Shown here piece after piece: positions 60,313 through 64,000 of a stretch of DNA of 64,000 bases (positions are counted from its first letter, which is position 1; the number at the start of each line of letters is the position of its first letter). Made by a program: the position numbers and the translations under genes. Where the stretch lies: the NCBI GenBank assembly GCA_964016885.1, contig OZ024740.1:307644001-307708000 (forward strand), written 5' to 3'. The notes beneath the pieces are model-generated. The model saw only the letters and a program-made list of their open reading frames with translations, was not told where the DNA came from and did not search any database. Source of the DNA: Eledone cirrhosa. Its lineage: Eukaryota.

Positions 60313-61659
60313 TTAACATTGCATCAGAAGGGACTTGGCACCGGTTCAGTTTGTTTTAATCAATCACATATTTTGATATAGGCACAAAGTAAGCAGCATT
60401 GATTTTGCTTTAACATATCCACTCTGTAACATGCCTTCTCCATGTGGGGTTTTTCAAAGGCTATAGGGGCACAATCCTTTCCTTTTGAGAACATAAAAAC
60501 AAGTTTGAATGCAAACAAATTAAATGTTAACAGAAAGAGTAAAAGTTATATTGCCTTTTTGACATAATACTATTTAAAAAATAGTTTTCATTCTACAAGG
60601 CTTAACGTTAAAGTAAGGCCTAAAAGGGATTAACAGGTATCATTCATGACCAGGAAATATCCATCAACAATAGTCACTATAGTGGAAAAGGAAATGAATG
60701 CACTGACAGTCATTCTCTTCATATGAGCATTAACAGTATGAATGAAGTGAAATAGCTACAGCAAACAATGGAAAATCAAATTGTAGGCTCAGCTCAAAAG
60801 GACATGTTGCTAGTCTAAGATGCTAAACAGCATTAAAATAATGTTCTACTTAAATAGAATTAATCATTCTCTTGATCAAAAAAAATCTAAGTTTTAGTAA
60901 TTTAACTCCATGTTATGCTATCAGTTGTCAATTTTCTTTAAATATTAACTAACCATCAACAACTAGTAATAGAGTAAAGTGTATGTATGTAGTTGTGAAA
61001 TACACTATATGAATGTATGCATAAATATCATTATGACATCATGTGATCTTCTAGTTTTCAAAATCCGTGAAAGTCATTATTAGATCATGATTTTAATGGA
61101 AATTTGACAAAGAAAAGAGTTTTCTATTTTTAAGATTTATTTTTCCTATCACTTATATTTATCATGAATAATAAATTTATTCACTTTTATTTAATTTGAA
61201 TTTCTGACTGTTTATTGTATTTGGAAGCCATGTTTTAAAATCAATATTTGTTCTCTTAATCTTTTATGGTGGAAAAAATATCAAGTGGGGTGTCTCTGTT
61301 TAATTTCCCAACATCATAGTTACTCATTGTATCCTTAAACTTATTGGCTTAATCACATGGGGTGAAAAATATTCTAATAATAAAGGGAAAAGGGGAGAAG
61401 CAGAGAGGGGAAGATTCACAAATTTTATACACTGTATCAATACTAGTGTTCTAAACAGTAATTTTCAAATGTAAATAAAATATAATTCAGAAAATTTATC
61501 TCTTTTGCACCCATATTTTACATTGGGTACACAGTATAGAATTCCTTTTCTGTATATTAAACATGGTGACTTCCCAGAAGGCAGTAAAGTTCTCTATTCT
61601 CACTTGTTAACTTAAACTTTACTTCTTTTTAGGCTTACTTTTAGACCTCCTCCCATGGT

Positions 61660-62090
61660 TGGAATCTTTACTCTAATTTTTTGACTGGCTTAGCAATGAG
61701 ATTTAGACTATTGGCATACAGAAGCTCCCATAGACAGCCATTTAAAAACTATTATGGCCTAGAGAATTATAATAAATGGTAGTGATAATAGGGGTGAGCA
61801 AGAACTGCGAGCTGTGATGGATACCTAACTGCATGCTAAATTCCTTATTGAACTTGTTGCTAATTCTAACTTGCTGACAGCACCCTTGTACATGGCTTGC
61901 ATGGCTCTCACAGGCCATTTGTCTACACCCAGTTTTCTTAGCAACCCCTAGACAACAGTATGAAACCCTGTCAAAGGCCCCTCCAGAATCAACAAGTACC
62001 AAGTACAATGATTTGCTCTTTTCTAGGAACTTCTTCCATAGTTGTTTAGGAAGAGTGAATGAGTGGTACTCTGTCATGGCACAAGCTTAA
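61660..62090 (-). mobile_element. Decayed RTE RT fragment
   Basis: KQLWKKFLEKSKSLYLVLVDSGGAFDRV (from FVDLEKAFDRV)..EFSMQLGIHHSS (from GVHQGS). Confidence 0.7.
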
Positions 62091-62279
62091 ACTACATTAT
62101 ATTTAAGCTAACTGTTTGTAATTAGGTGTTATTTTCATAACTTGGTTCATCAATTTGAAGCCTCTGTAGCTGTTCTTTTCTAGTGTATATGTAGCAGTTG
62201 GTGGCATTACTGTTATACCAGTCATTGGGGATAATGCTTTCCTGTACTACCTGATTGACTATGCAAGTGACTAACGTGT

Positions 62280-62692
62280 CCTACTTTGCATTTTCAGCAT
62301 TTCAGCAACTATCCCTGTCTTCATATCCTTAATGGCCATTTTGACTATATGGCAGTCTCTCTGTTGGGTCTATTTGGAATGTTTCCTCTCTTTCTCATTC
62401 TCATATTTTCTCCTCGTTCAGTAACTTCTCATAGAAGCCTTTTCATGCCTCTTTCTTCCCAGCATCAGTAAGTGTGAGTGCACTTTTAACAACATCTTGA
62501 TTCCTTTTGACACGCTGCTTTGCAATCTGAAACAACTCACACTTTTCATCCTTATGTCACAGAACATTGGCACTAAAACAAAATTAGTGCTAGTTGTTGC
62601 TTTACTAAGAAAAGAATTTAACAGACACCTTGAGCAGTTCCCAGGCAAAGTGTGCCAAACAGTGAAAAAGATCACACTCTCGGGAACTGATA
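62280..62692 (-). mobile_element. Possible Tc1-like 5' remnant
   Basis: The minus strand begins cagttccc and includes R.RK...TQQRDCHIVKMA, similar to the Tc1 RK.T.R.D..I motif. Weak. Confidence 0.3.
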
Positions 62693-62849
62693 ACATTCTG
62701 AGAAAGTTTATAAAGTAAAGCTTTTGTTGAGACCCAGTTATTTTATAAAGAACAGTTTACTGTGGAGTATAAACAATAACAACAATACTACTACTACCTA
62801 TACTGTGGCTATTGCTCTGTCTCTCCCCTCTTAGTGACTTCTGTCTTAA

Positions 62850-63054
62850 CCCATTAGCATTTACATTACTCTATGTATACTATTATATTTTCATGGTAAA
62901 GGCTTTATCTCACATAATATCAAATTTATGAGATTTTGATATTTATTTTGAGAACAATATCTTAACATCAGTATGAGCGGCCAGTTATGGCCAGTTTGAA
63001 CAGAAAGAGGTGAGAGAATTCTGGTCAGATACAGCTGGCTTAAATGCTAAAGGG
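62850..63054 (+). mobile_element. piggyBac-type MITE (TTAA TSD)
   Basis: ttaa|cccattagcattta..taaatgctaaaggg|ttaa. Confidence 0.88.
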
Positions 63055-64000
63055 TTAAATAATTTTTATTCAACACTTAATAGTAAATTATTATTTAGTA
63101 ATATTGTAATTTTTTAATGCCCAGTGAGATATTGAAATCACATTTTTACTGCATCATCCTTCAGAGGAGAACTCAAAGAAAACAATCTATAAGCAATTCT
63201 ACCCAATAAACTCAACAGCTGCTTCACACTGATCAGCAAATAGAATGGACTTTGACATTGATAGATACTTGAGATGAACATCTATAGAGGCATTGCATTT
63301 AATCTTCAAAGAATAACAGCAGGAATTGAACAAGGACATATATTTTTTTTCTTTTCCAGTTAATTAGATACACAGTGTCAGTAAATCAAATTACTGACAT
63401 TGATTGCAAAAGTTCAATATTATTATAAATAATTCTATATCATGTCAATGTTGATGTAGTTAACTCATATCAACTGAAAGACTTTCTGATTGTCGGATTG
63501 AAAATGATTGTAAAAATTAAGTGAAAGAATTTAAGGGTATATTTAAAAGTATAACATTTTAATAAAGCAAAATGGCTTACATATTCTGATTAATTTAGAT
63601 TTAAGCATAAAAAAAAAAGAAAGCTAGCTAGCTTTTAACAATTTCACTTTCAAACAAATTGATACATTTTTGACCGAACCCAAAACATAATGAATTTCAT
63701 TGAAATTATCACAAATATTCCAATTCAATTCAGAATCTTTAACAGGTAGAATATACTAAATGAGATCAGTTGGAATCTATATCAAAACATAAAAACAATC
63801 TAAAATTTAACATCATGTAAAAGAGTAATAGATATGCTGCAGTTTAGAGTTTATGCAGTAGAAATTTAATTAATTTGTCATGAGATATTTTGACAATTTT
63901 CTTCAGATATACTTAACAAATAGAATTGTTGGGACCAAGCTTCAGGCACAATACAACAGATACACCCATCATCAATTGTGATACCATGTTTAACTGTTTC

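Noticed and set aside
51900-64000. Host gene exons in the less repetitive right end
   Set aside because: Only short ORFs with no recognisable domain, several explained by decayed TEs. Small exons cannot be excluded without RNA-seq.

Overview
AT-rich, repeat-dense animal genomic DNA. The SINE, mariner and RTE families and the huge (TA)n tracts look like those of an octopus-type cephalopod; this is an inference. I can support no intact host gene, and nearly all long ORFs in the track are microsatellite translations. The window is a mosaic of decayed mobile elements: three Penelope-like (PLE) coding remnants, R4/Dong-type, CR1-group and RTE LINEs, tRNA-derived SINEs, mariner, hAT and piggyBac-type DNA elements, and a complete non-autonomous Helitron. 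There is one 200-N gap. The most striking hidden structure is non-coding. Between about 1.2 and 39 kb there are more than 15 intact or decayed minimal type-I hammerhead ribozymes from about 10 unrelated PLE pseudo-LTR families, three of which carry a compensatory U3-A8 core. Most sit in fold-back inverted duplications embedded in (TA)n. At least five families share a covarying bulged hairpin (ACTC-stem-loop-stem'-TW-GAGT) about 40-65 nt downstream of the ribozyme. Many copies end exactly at the AT-rich stretch just before that hairpin, which suggests it marks the start site of reverse transcription.
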